A stretch of 64,000 bases of DNA from the human T2T-CHM13v2.0 reference genome, Homo sapiens. The position numbers and the translations under genes were made by a program. This document shows positions 28,289 to 43,300 of the stretch, one piece after another (the stretch's first letter is position 1; every line of letters starts with the position of its first letter). The notes beneath the pieces are model-generated. The model was not told where the DNA came from. It was given only the letters and a program-made list of their open reading frames with translations, and did not search any database. The stretch lies in assembly GCF_009914755.1 (NCBI RefSeq), contig NC_060940.1; one strand, 5' to 3'.

Positions 28289-31107
28289 TTCCATTCAATG
28301 ATGATTCACTTCTCGTCCATTGGATGATTCCATTTCATTCCATTCGATGATGATTCCATTCGATTCCATTCGATGATTCCATTTGATTCCATGCGACGGT
28401 GAGCAATTCGATTCAATTCCATGATGATTCTATTTGATTCAATTAGATGATGTTTCCATTCGAATCCATTCCACGATTATTCCATTGGAATCCATTTGGC
28501 GATGATTCCATATGAGTGAATTCAATGATGATTCCATATGGGTCCGTTCGATGATAATTCCATTTGATTTCATTCAATGCTTCTATTCTATTCCAGTCGA
28601 TGATGATTCCGTTGGAGTCCATACGATGATTCCATTTGATTTCATTTGATGATGATTCCATTCGATGATGATTACATTGGATTCCATTCTATGATTCCAT
28701 TCAATTCCATTCGTTGATGATTCGATTCCATTCAATGATGATTCCATTTGAGTTCATTCGATGATTCTATTCGATTCCGTTCGATGGTGATTCAATTCTC
28801 TTATATTGGATGATTCCACTCGATTCCATTTGATGATTATTCCATTGGAGTCCAATTAGTGAATCCTTTAGATTCTACTCGAAGATGATTCCATTCGAGT
28901 CCATTCAATGATACCATTCAATTTCATTCGTTGATGCTTCCATTCAAGTGCATTCGATGATATCATTCGATTCCATTTGATGATAATTCCATTTGATTCC
29001 ATGCGATGATTCTATTCGATTCCATTCAATGATAATTCCATTCAATTCAGTGATTCCTCTGGACTCCATTTGATGATTATTCCATTCAATGATTCCATTC
29101 GATTCTATTCCAAAATGATTCCATTTGAATCCATTTGATGATGATTCCATTAGATTCCATTTGATGATTCCATTCGATTCCATTTGACGATGATTCCATT
29201 CGATTCCATTTGATGATTCCATTCTATTCTATTCGATTATGATTCCATTCGATTCCATTTGATGATGATTGGATTCGATTCCATTTGATGATTTCATTTG
29301 ATTCCATTCGTTAATGATTTCGATCAACTCCATTCGATGATTCCATTTGATTCCATTCGATAATGATTACATCCGAGTCCATTCGATGATTCCATTTGAG
29401 CCCGTTCGATAATTCCATTTGAGTCCAATCAATGATTCCATTCATTTCCATTCAATGATTCCATTCGAGTCCATTTGATCATTCTGGTAGGGTCCGTTCG
29501 ATGTTGATTCCATTGGAGTGCATTCGATGATTCCATTCGAGTCCATTTTATGATTTGATTCGAGTCCTTTCGATGATTCCATTCGATTCCACTCCATGAT
29601 GATTTCATTCGAGTCCATTCGACACTTCCAATCGATTCCATTTGATGTTTCCATTCGAGTCCAATTGATGATTCCATTCAATTCCATTCGATGATGATTC
29701 CGTACGATTCCATTCTGTGATGATTCCATGTGATTGCATTCAATGATGATTCCTTTCGATTGCATTCGATTATGATTCATTTCGTGTTCATTCTATGGTT
29801 CCACAGGTTTCCATTCGATGACGTTTCCGTTCGTGTCCATTCCATTATTCCATTCTATTTCATTTGATGATGATTCCATTCGATTCCATTCATTGGTGAT
29901 TCCACTCAATTCCATTCAATGATTCCATTCCATTTGTTTCAACAATGATTCCCTTAGTTTCTATTCGATGATCCACTTGATTCCATTTGGCGATGATTCC
30001 ATTCGTGTCCATTCGATGATTCCATTTGATTCCATATGATGATGATTCCATTCGATTCCATACCATGATGATTCCATTCGAGTCCATTCAATGGTGATTC
30101 CATTCAATTCCATTCGATGATTCCTTCCGATTCCATTCGATGATGATGGCATTCGATTCCTTTCAATCATTCCCTTTGATTCCATTCAAAGGTGATTTCA
30201 TTCAAGTCCATTCGATAATTGCATTCGATTCCATTCTATGATGATTCCATTCGAGTCCATTTGATGATTCCATTCAATTCAAGTCAATGATGATTCCATT
30301 CGATTCCACTCGATGATTCCATTGGATTCCATTAGATGATGATTCCATTCAAATCCATTCGATAATTCAATTCAAGTCCATTCGATGATGATTCCAATCG
30401 AATCCATTCAAAGATTCCATTCAATTCCATTCGATGATGATTCCCTTAGATTCCATTCGATGATTCCACTTGATTCCATTTACGATGATTCCATTCGATT
30501 CCATGTGATGAATCCATTCAATTCTATTCAATGATGTTTCCATTTGATTCCATTGGACCATGATTGCCTTTGATTCCATTCAATGATTCCATTCGGTTCC
30601 ATTTGATGATGATTCCGTTCGATTCCATTTCATTATTCCATTTGATTCCATTGGATGAGTCCGTTCGAATACATTCGATGATTATTCCATTCGAGTGCAT
30701 TAGATGATTGCATTCGAGTCCATTCGATGATTCCATTCGATTCCATTCGATGTTGATTCTGTTCAAATCCATTCGATGATTCCACTCGATTCCATTCGAT
30801 GACTCCATTTGATCCCATTCGATGATTTCCTGTGATTCCCTTTGATGATCATTCTATTTGATTCAATTCGGTGATTTCATTTCATTCCATTCAGTGATGT
30901 TTCCATTCGACTGTATTCGATGATGATTCCATTCGACTCCATTCGATTATGATTTCATTCAATTCCATTCAATAATGATTCCCTTCGAGTCCATTCGATG
31001 ATTCCATTCGATTCCATTCAACGATGATTTGATTCGTTTCCATTCGATGATTCCATTTGATTCCACTTGATGATGATTCCATTCGAGTCCATTTGATGAT
31101 TCCATTC

Positions 31108-32938
31108 GAGTCTATTTATGTATTATATTCGTGTCCACTTCATGATTCCATTCAATTCCATTTAATGTTGATTCCATTTGATTCCATTTGATGATTCAGT
31201 TCGATTCCTTGCAATGATTCCCTACGATTCCTTTCTATTATGATTCCATTCGATTCCATTCATTGATGATTTCATTCGACTCCATTCGATGATGATTCCT
31301 TTCGATTCCATTTGACGATGTTTCCATTCGAGTCCATTCGATGATGATTCTATTCAATTCTGTTCTATTATGATTCCATTCGATTTCATTCAATGCTTCT
31401 ATTTGATTCCATTCGATGATGATTCCATCTCTTTCCCTTCGATGATTCCATTTGATTCCATTCAGTGATGATTCCATTTGATTCCATCTGATGATGATTT
31501 CACTTGATTCCTTTCAATGATGATTCAATTCAAGTCCATTCGATGATTCCATTGGAGTCCAAACGATCATTCCGTTCGATTCCATTCAATGGTGATTCCA
31601 TTCATGTCCATTCGATGAATCCATTCAATTCCATTCGATGATGACTCCATTCGAGTACATTCGATGATTCCATTTGATTCCATTTGAAGATGATTCCATT
31701 CAATTCCATTCGAAGATGATTCCATTCAATTCCATTCGATGATGATTCCGTATGAATCCATTCTCTGATTATTCCATTCGATTCCATTCATTGACGATTC
31801 CATTCAATTCCATTCAATGATGATTCTCTTCTATTCCATTCGATGATTCCGGTCGATTCCATTCGATGATGATTCCATTAGATTCCATTCGATTGTTGCA
31901 TTCGATTCCCTTCGATGATGATTCCTTTGAATTCCATTCGATTATCATTCCGTATGAATCCATTTGATGATTATTCCATTGGATTCCTTTCGATGATGAT
32001 TCCATTCGATTCCATTTGATGATGTTTCTCTTGTATTCCATTGGATAATTCCTTTCAGTTCCCTTCGATGATTATTCTTTCGAGTCAATTCGATGATTCT
32101 ATTCCATTCCCTTCGATGATGATTCCATTTCACTCCATTTGATGATTCCATTCGACTCAATTTGGGGATGATTCAATTCGATGACATTCGATGACTCCAT
32201 TCAATTTCATTTGATGATGATTACATTCGAGTCCATTTGATGATTGTATTCCTTTCCTTTTGATGATTATTCCATGCGTGTCTATTCAAAGGTTCCATTC
32301 TATTCCATTCAATGATGATTGCATTTGATTCCATTCAATGATTATGGCTATCGATTCCACTCGTTGATTCCATTTGATTCCGTTCGATGATTATTCCGTT
32401 AGATTCCATTAGAAGATTCCATTCGATTTTATTCAATGATTCCAATGGATTCCATTCAATGATGATTCCATTCGACTCCATTCAGTGATTCCATTCGAGT
32501 CCATTTGATGATTCCATTCTTTTCCATTTGATGATGATTCCATTAGGGTCCATTCAATGATTCCATTCGAGTCCATTCGTTAATGCCTTTCGAGTCCTTT
32601 TGATCACTACATTCGAGTCCATTCAATGATTCTATTCGATTCCATTCCATGATGATTCCATTCGAGTTCATTCGATGATTGCATTCGAGTCCATTTGATG
32701 ATTCCATATGATTCCATTCGACAATGATTCCATTCGTGTCCATTTGATGATTCCATTCATTTCCTATCGATGAAGATTCCATTCAAGTGTATTCGATGAT
32801 TCCATTCAAATCCATTCGATGATGATTCCATTCCAGTCCATTCGATCATTCCACTTGATTCCATTTGATGACTATTCCATTCAAATCCATTTGATGATTC
32901 CATTCGATTCCATTCGATGTTACCATTCGAGTATATAC
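31108..32938 (+). repeat. C-specific ~1.83-kb HSat2 segment (copy 2)
   Basis: Same markers as 14977-16807 at offset 16131. Confidence 0.85.
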
Positions 32939-35900
32939 GATGATTCCACTCGATTCCATTTGATGATTATTCCATTGGAGTCCACTTAGTGAATCCTTTA
33001 GATTCTACTGGAAGATGATTCCATTCGAGTCCATTCGATGATACCATTCAATTCCATTCGTTGATGCTTCCATTCAAGTGCATTCGATGATATCATTCGA
33101 TTCCATTTGATGATAATTCCATTTGATTCCATGCGATGATTCTATTCGATTCCATTCAATGATAATTCCATTCAATTCAGTGATTCCTCTGGACTCCATT
33201 TGATGATGATTCCATTCAATGATTCCATTCGATTCTATTCGAAAATGATTCCATTTGAATCCATTTGATGATGATTCCATTGGATTCCATTTGATGATTC
33301 CATTCGATTCCATTCGATGATGATTCCATTCGATTCCTTTTGATGAATCCATTCTATTGTATTCGATGATGATTCCATTCGATTCCATTCGATGATGATT
33401 GGATTCGATTCCATTTGATGATTTCATTTGATTCCATTCGATAAGGATTTCGATCAACTCCATTCAATGATTCCATTCGATTCCATTCGATAATGATTAC
33501 ATCTGAGCACATTCGATGATTCCATTTGAGCCCGTTCGATAATTCCATTTGAGTCCAATCAATGATTCCATTCATTTTCATTCAATGATTCCATTCGAGT
33601 CCATTTGATCATTCCGGTAGGGTCCGTTCGATGTTGATTCCATTGGAGTGCATTCGATGATTCCATTCGAGTCCATTTTAGGATTTGATTCGAGTCCTTT
33701 CGATGATTCCATTCGATTCCACTCGATGATTTCATTCGAGTCCATTCGACACTTCCAATCGATTCCATTTGATGTTTCCATTCGATTCCAATTGATGATT
33801 CCATTCAATTCCATTCGATGATGATTCCGTACGATTCCATTCTGTGATGATTCCATGTGATTGCATTCAATGATGATTCCTTTCGATTGCATTCGATTAT
33901 GATTCATTTCGTGTTCATTCTATGGTTCCACAGGTTTCCATTCGATGATGTTTCCATTCGTGTCCATTCCATTATTCCTTTCTATTCCATTTGAAGATGA
34001 TTCCATTCGATTCCATTCATTGGTGATTCCACTCAATTCCATTCAATGATTCCATTCCATTTCTTTCAACAATGATTCCATTAGTTTCTATTCGATGATC
34101 CACTTGATTCCATTTGACGATGATTCCATTCGTGTCCATTCGATGATTCCATTTGATTCCATATGATGATGATTCCATTCGATTCCATACGATGATGATT
34201 CCATTCGAGTCCATTCAATGGTGATTCCATTCAATTCCATTCGATGATTCCTTTCGATTCCATTCAATGATGATGGCATTCGATTCCTTTCGATCATTCC
34301 CTTTGATTCCATTCAAAGGTGATTTCATTCAAGTCCATTCGATAATTGCATTCGATTCCATTCTATGATGATTCCATTCGAGTCCATTTGATGATTCCAT
34401 TCAATTCAAGTCAATGATGATTCCATTCGATTCCACTCGATGATTCCATTGGATTCCATTCGATGATGATTCCATTCAAATCCATTCGATAATTCAATTC
34501 AAGTCCATTCGATGATGATTCCAATCGAATCCATTCAAAGATTCCACTCAATTCCATTCGATGATGATTCCCTTAGATTCCATTCGATGATTCCACTTGA
34601 TTCCATTTACGATGATTCCATTCGATTCCATGTGATGATTCCATTCAATTCTATTCAATGATGTTTCCACTTGATTCCATTCGAACATGATTGCCTTTGA
34701 TTCCATTCAATGATTCCATACGGTTCCATTTGATGATGATTCCATTCGAGTGCATTAGATGATTCCATTCGAGTCCATTCGATGATTCCATTCGATTCCA
34801 TTCGATGTTGATTCTGTTCAAATCCATTCGATGATTCCACTCGATTCCATTCGATGACTCCATTTGATCCCATTCGATGATTTCCTTTGATTCCCTTTGA
34901 TGATCATTCCATTTGATTCAATTCGGTGATTTCATTTGATTCCATTCAGTGATGTTTCCATTCAACTCCTTTCGATGATGATTCCATTCTACTCCATTCG
35001 ATTATGATTTCATTCAATTCCATTCGATAATGATTCCCTTCAAGTCCATTCGATGATTCCATTCGATTCCATTCAACGATGATTTGATTCGTGTCCATTC
35101 GATGATTCCATTTGATTCCATTTGATGATGATTCCATTCGAGTCCCTTTGATGATTCCATTCAATTCCATTCTCCGATGATTTCTTTTGAGCCCATTCAA
35201 TGCTTCCACTCGATTCCATATGATGATGACTCCATTTGATGAAATTCCATGATGATTCCATTCGCTTGCATTCGATGATGATTCCACTTGAGTCCGTTAG
35301 AAGATTCTATTCAATTACATTCCATGACGATTCTGTTCGAGTCCATTTGATGATTCCATTAGACTCCATTCGACGGTGATTCCATTCGATGTTATTCGAT
35401 GATGATTCCATTCAACTCCATTCGATGTTTCCATTCGAGTTCATTCTATTATTCCATTAGATTCCATTCGATGATGATTCCATTCGATTCCATTTGATGA
35501 TTGCATTCTATTTCATTTGATGATGATTCCATTCGAGTCCATTCGATGATTCCATTCGAGTCCATTTAATGAATCCATTGGTTTCAATTCTATGATGATT
35601 ACATTGGATTCCATTCGTTGATGATTTCATTCGATTCCATTCAATGATGATTCCATTCAATTCCATTCAATGATTCCATTCAATTCCATACGATGATGAT
35701 TCCATTTGATTTGATTCGACAGTGAGCCATTCGATTCAATTCCATGATGATTCTATTTGATTCAATTGGTTGACATTTCCATTCGATTCCATTCGATGAT
35801 GATTCCATTTGATTCCATTCAAAGATGATTCCATTCTAGCCCATTCAATCATTCCATTCGATTCTATTCAATGATGATTCCATTCATGTCGATTTGGTGA

Positions 35901-37315
35901 TTCCATTTGACTTCATTTGATGATGATTCCTTTCAAGTTCATTAGATGATTCCATTCGATTCCATTTGATGATGATCCCATTCGAGTCCATTCAGTGATT
36001 CCACTCGTTTCCATTCCATGATGATTCCATTCCATTCCATTCAATGATTCCATTCGATTCCGTTTGATGATGATTTCATTCGAGTCCATTTGATGATTCC
36101 ATTTGATTCCATTCGATGATGATTACATTCGAGTCCATACGATGATTCCACTCAATTCCATATGATGATGATTCCATTCGATTCCATTCGATGATTCCAT
36201 TCTATTCTATTCAATGGCGATTCCATTCGAGTACATTAGATGATTCCATTCGATTCCATTCAATGATGATTCTATTTGTGTCCCTTAGATGGTTCCACAT
36301 GATTCCATTTCATGATGATACTATTTGAGCCCATCCAATGATTCCCTTCGATTCCATTCGATGAGGATTCCATTCGATTCAATTCATTGGTGATTCTATT
36401 CAATTCAATTCTTTGATTCCATTCCATTCCATTCGACAATGATTCCATTCGATTTCTTTCGATGATTCCACTCGATTCCACTTGACATTGATTCCATTCG
36501 ATTCCATTCAATGATTCCGTTTGATTCCAGTGGATGATGATTGCCATCGATTCCATTCGATCACTCCATTCTATTCCATTTGATGATGATTACATTCGAT
36601 TCCATTTGATGATTCCATCTGATTCTATTCGAGGATTCCATTTGATTCCATTCGATGATGATTCCATTCGAGTGCATTCGATGATTTCATTCGAGTACAT
36701 CCAATGATTCCATTCGAGTCCATTTGATGATTCCATTTAATTCCATTTGATTATGATTCTACTAGAGTCCATTCAATGACTCCATTCGAATCCATTCAAC
36801 AATTCCATTCGAGGCCATTCGATGATTCCATTTCATGATTCCATTCGAGTCCATTTAATCATTACAGTCGAGTCCATTTGGTGATTCCTTTCAATTCCAT
36901 TCTATGATGATTCCATTCGAGTCCATTCGATGATTCCATTCGATTGCATTCGATGATTCCATTATATTCCATTCAACAATGATTCCATTCGAGTCCATTC
37001 GATGATTCCATTAGAGTACATTTAATGATTGCTTTGTTTTCAATTCGAAGATGATTACATTGGATTCCATTCTATGATACCATTCGATTCCATTCAATGA
37101 TGATTCCACTCAAATCCATTGGATGATTCCATTCGTGTCCATTCGGTGATTTCATTAGATTCCATTCGAGGATGATTCCATTCGATTCCATTCGATGATT
37201 CCATTCAATTCCATTCGATGATGATTCCATTCCAGTCCATATGATCATTCCATTTGATTTCATTCGATGATGATTCCATTCGATTCCATTCGATGATTCC
37301 ATTCTATTCCATTCG

Positions 37316-40300
37316 ATGATGATTCCATTCGAGTCCATTCGATGATTCCATTCGAGTCCATTTAATGATTCCATTGGGTTCAATTCAATGATGATTACAT
37401 TGGATTCCGTTCTATGATTCCATTCAATTCCGTTCATTGACAATTTGATTCCATTCGATGATGATTCCATTTGAGTTCATTCGATGATTCTATTTGATTC
37501 TCTTCGATGGTGATTCAATTCTATTATATTGGATGATTCCATTCGATTCCATTTGATGTTGATTCAATTCGATTCTATTCGATGATGATTCCATTGGATT
37601 TCACTTGATGATTCTATTCGATTCCATTCAATGATGATTCACTTCTCGTCCATTGGATGATTCCATTTCATTCCATTCGACGATGATTCCATTCGATTCC
37701 ATTCGATGATTCCATTTGATTCCATGCGTCGGTGAGCAATTCGATTCAATTCCATGATGATTCTATTTGATTCAATTAGATGATGTTTCCATTCGAATCC
37801 ATTCCATGATTATTCCATTGGAATCCATTCGGCGATGATTCCATATGAGTCAATTCAATGATGATTCCATATGGGTCCGTTCGATGATAATTCCATTTGA
37901 TTTCATTCGGTGCTTCTATTCAATTCCAGTCGATGATGATTCCGTTGGAGTCCATACGATGATTCCATTTGATTTCATTTGATGATGATTCCATTCGATG
38001 ATGATTACATTGGATTCCATTCTATGATTCCATTCAATTCCATTCGTTGATGATTCGATTCCATTCAATGATGATTCCATTTGAGTTCATTCGATGATTC
38101 TATTCGATTCCGTTCGATGGTGATTCAATTCTCTTATATTGGATGAATCCACTCGATTCCATTTGATGATTATTCCATTGGAGTCCACTTAGTGAATCCT
38201 TCAGATTCTACTCGAAGATGATTCCATTCCAGTCCATTCGATGATACCATTCAATTCCATTCGTTGATGCTTCCATTCAAGTGCATTCGATGATATCATT
38301 CGATTCCATTTGATGATAATTCCATTTGATTCCATGCGATGATTCTATTCGATTCCATTCAATGATAATTCCATTCAGTTCAGTGATTCCTCTGGACTCC
38401 ATTTGATGATGATTCCATTCAATGATTCCATTCGATTCTATTCGAAAATGATTCCATTTGAATCCATTTGATGATGATTCCATTAGATTCCATTTGATGA
38501 TTCCATTCGATTCCATTTGACGATGATTCCATTCGATTCCATTTGATGATTCCATTCTATTCTATTCGATGATGATTCCATTCGATTCCATTCGATGATG
38601 ATTGGATTTGATTCCATTTGATGATTTCATTTGATTCCATTCGTTAATGATTTCGATCAATTCCATTCGATGATTCCATTCGATTCCATTCGATAATGAT
38701 TACATCCGTGTCCATTCAATGATTCCATTTGAGCCTGTTCGATAATTCCATTTGATTCCAACCAATGATTCCATTCATTTCCATTCAATGATTCCATTCG
38801 AGTCCATTTGATCATTCCGGTAGGGTCCATTCGATGTTGATTCCATTGGAGTGCATTCGATGATTCCATTCGAGTCCATTTTAGGATTTGATTCGAGTCC
38901 TTTCGATGATTCCATTCGATTCCACTCGATGATGATTTCATTCGAGTCCATTCGACACTTCCAATCGATTCCATTTGATGTTTCCATTCGATTCCAATTG
39001 ATGATTCCATTCAATTCCATTCGATGATGATTCCGTACGATTCCATTCTGTGATGATTCCATGTGATTGCATTCAATGATGATTCCTTTCGATTGCATTC
39101 GATTATGATTCATTTCGTGTTCATTCTATGGTTCCACAGGTTTCCATTCGATGATGTTTCCATTCGTGTCCATTCCATTATTCCTTTCTATTCCATTTGA
39201 AGATGATTCCATTCGATTCCATTCATTGGTGATTCCACTCAATTCCATTCAATGATTCCATTCCATTTCTTTCAACAATGATTCCATTAGTTTCTATTCG
39301 ATGATCCACTTGATTCCATTTGACGATGATTCCATTCGTGTCCATTCGATGATTCCATTTGATTCCATATGATGATGATTCCATTCGATTCCATACGATG
39401 ATGATTCCATTCGAGTCCATTCAATGGTGATTCCATTCAATTCCATTCGATGATTCCTTTCGATTCCATTCAATGATGATGGCATTCGATTCCTTTCGAT
39501 CATTCCCTTTGATTCCATTCAAAGGTGATTTCATTCAAGTCCATTCGATAATTGCATTCGATTCCATTCTATGATGATTCCATTCGAGTCCATTCGATGA
39601 TTCCATTCGAGTCCATTTAATGATTCCATTGGGTTCAATTCAATGATGATTACATTGGATTCCGTTCTATGATTCCATTCAATTCCGTTCATTGACAATT
39701 TGATTCCATTCGATGATGATTCCATTTGAGTTCATTCGATGATTCTATTTGATTCTCTTCGATGGTGATTCAATTCTATTATATTGGATGATTCCATTCG
39801 ATTCCATTTGATGTTGATTCAATTCGATTCTATTCGATGATGATTCCATTGGATTTCACTTGATGATTCTATTCGATTCCATTCAATGATGATTCACTTC
39901 TCGTCCATTGGATGATTCCATTTCATTCCATTCGATGATGATTCCATTCGATTCCATTCGATGATTCCATTTGATTCCATGCGTCGGTGAGCAATTCGAT
40001 TCAATTCCATGATGATTCTATTTGATTCAATTAGATGATGTTTCCATTCGAATCCATTCCATGATTATTCCATTGGAATCCATTCGGCGATGATTCCATA
40101 TGAGTCAATTCAATGATGATTCCATATGGGTCCGTTCGATGATAATTCCATTTGATTTCATTCGGTGCTTCTATTCAATTCCAGTCGATGATGATTCCGT
40201 TGGAGTCCATACGATGATTCCATTTGATTTCATTTGATGATGATTCCATTCGATGATGATTACATTGGATTCCATTCTATGATTCCATTCAATTCCATTC

Positions 40301-43300
40301 GTTGATGATTCGATTCCATTCAATGATGATTCCATTTGAGTTCATTCGATGATTCTATTCGATTCCGTTCGATGGTGATTCAATTCTCTTATATTGGATG
40401 AATCCACTCGATTCCATTTGATGATTATTCCATTGGAGTCCACTTAGTGAATCCTTCAGATTCTACTCGAAGATGATTCCATTCCAGTCCATTCGATGAT
40501 ACCATTCAATTCCATTCGTTGATGCTTCCATTCAAGTGCATTCGATGATATCATTCGATTCCATTTGATGATAATTCCATTTGATTCCATGCGATGATTC
40601 TATTCGATTCCATTCAATGATAATTCCATTCAGTTCAGTGATTCCTCTGGACTCCATTTGATGATGATTCCATTCAATGATTCCATTCGATTCTATTCGA
40701 AAATGATTCCATTTGAATCCATTTGATGATGATTCCATTAGATTCCATTTGATGATTCCATTCGATTCCATGCGACGATGATTCCATTCGATTCCATTTG
40801 ATGATTCCATTCTATTCTATTCGATGATGATTCCATTCGATTCCATTCGATGATGATTGGATTTGATTCCATTTGATGATTTCATTTGATTCCATTCGTT
40901 AATGATTTCGATCAATTCCATTCGATGATTCCATTCGATTCCATTCGATAATGATTACATCCGTGTCCATTCAATGATTCCATTTGAGCCTGTTCGATAA
41001 TTCCATTTGATTCCAACCAATGATTCCATTCATTTCCATTCAATGATTCCATTCGAGTCCATTTGATCATTCCGGTAGGGTCCATTCGATGTTGATTCCA
41101 TTGGAGTGCATTCGATGATTCCATTCGAGTCCATTTTAGGATTTGATTCGAGTCCTTTCGATGATTCCATTCGATTCCACTCGATGATGATTTCATTCGA
41201 GTCCATTCGACACTTCCAATCGATTCCATTTGATGTTTCCATTCGATTCCAATGGATGATTCCATTCAATTCCATTCGATGATGATTCCGTACGATTCCA
41301 TTCTGTGATGATTCCATGTGATTGCATTCAATGATGATTCCTTTCGATTGCATTCGATTATGATTCATTTCGTGTTCATTCTATGGTTCCACAGGTTTCC
41401 ATTCGATGATGTTTCCATTCGTGTCCATTCCATTATTCCTTTCTATTCCATTTGAAGATGATTCCATTCGATTCCATTCATTGGTGATTCCACTCAATTC
41501 CATTCAATGATTCCATTCCATTTCTTTCAACAATGATTCCATTAGTTTCTATTCGATGATCCACTTGATTCCATTTGGCGATGATTCCATTCGTGTCCAT
41601 TCGATGATTCCATTTGATTCCATATGATGATGATTCCATTCGATTCCATACGATGATGATTCCATTCGAGTCCATTCAATGGTGATTCCATTCAATTCCA
41701 TTCGATGATTCCTTTCGATTCCATTCAATGATGATGGCATTCGATTCCTTTCGATCATTCCCTTTGATTCCATTCAAAGGTGATTTCATTCAAGTCCATT
41801 CGATAATTGCATTCGATTCCATTCTATGATGATTCCATTCGAGTCCATTCGATGATTCCATTCGAGTCCATTTAATGATTCCATTGGGTTCAATTCAATG
41901 ATGATTACATTGGATTCCGTTCTATGATTCCATTCAATTCCGTTCATTGACAATTTGATTCCATTCGATGATGATTCCATTTGAGTTCATTCGATGATTC
42001 TATTTGATTCTCTTCGATGGTGATTCAATTCTATTATATTGGATGATTCCATTCGATTCCATTTGATGTTGATTCAATTCGATTCTATTCGATGATGATT
42101 CCATTGGATTTCACTTGATGATTCTATTCGATTCCATTCAATGATGATTCACTTCTCGTCCATTGGATGATTCCATTTCATTCCATTCGATGATGATTCC
42201 ATTCGATTCCATTCGATGATTCCATTTGATTCCATGCGTCGGTGAGCAATTCGATTCAATTCCATGATGATTCTATTTGATTCAATTAGATGATGTTTCC
42301 ATTCGAATCCATTCCATGATTATTCCATTGGAATCCATTCGGCGATGATTCCATATGAGTCAATTCAATGATGATTCCATATGGGTCCGTTCGATGATAA
42401 TTCCATTTGATTTCATTCGGTGCTTCTATTCAATTCCAGTCGATGATGATTCCGTTGGAGTCCATACGATGATTCCATTTGATTTCATTTGATGATGATT
42501 CCATTCGATGATGATTACATTGGATTCCATTCTATGATTCCATTCAATTCCATTCGTTGATGATTCGATTCCATTCAATGATGATTCCATTTGAGTTCAT
42601 TCGATGATTCTATTCGATTCCGTTCGATGGTGATTCAATTCTCTTATATTGGATGAATCCACTCGATTCCATTTGATGATTATTCCATTGGAGTCCACTT
42701 AGTGAATCCTTCAGATTCTACTCGAAGATGATTCCATTCCAGTCCATTCGATGATACCATTCAATTCCATTCGTTGATGCTTCCATTCAAGTGCATTCGA
42801 TGATATCATTCGATTCCATTTGATGATAATTCCATTTGATTCCATGCGATGATTCTATTCGATTCCATTCAATGATAATTCCATTCAGTTCAGTGATTCC
42901 TCTGGACTCCATTTGATGATGATTCCATTCAATGATTCCATTCGATTCTATTCGAAAATGATTCCATTTGAATCCATTTGATGATGATTCCATTAGATTC
43001 CATTTGATGATTCCATTCGATTCCATGCGACGATGATTCCATTCGATTCCATTTGATGATTCCATTCTATTCTATTCGATGATGATTCCATTCGATTCCA
43101 TTCGATGATGATTGGATTTGATTCCATTTGATGATTTCATTTGATTCCATTCGTTAATGATTTCGATCAATTCCATTCGATGATTCCATTCGATTCCATT
43201 CGATAATGATTACATCCGTGTCCATTCAATGATTCCATTTGAGCCTGTTCGATAATTCCATTTGATTCCAACCAATGATTCCATTCATTTCCATTCAATG

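Larger units (their letters stand above)
16808..32938 (+). repeat. 16,131-bp super-repeat copy 2: A2 16808-22647, B2 22648-28808, C2 28809-32938
   Basis: Marker at 16943, 22783, 28944, 33074 gives spacings of 5840, 6161 and 4130. It differs from copy 1 by a 13-bp deletion (~17286) and a 49-bp duplication (28191-28288). Confidence 0.9.
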
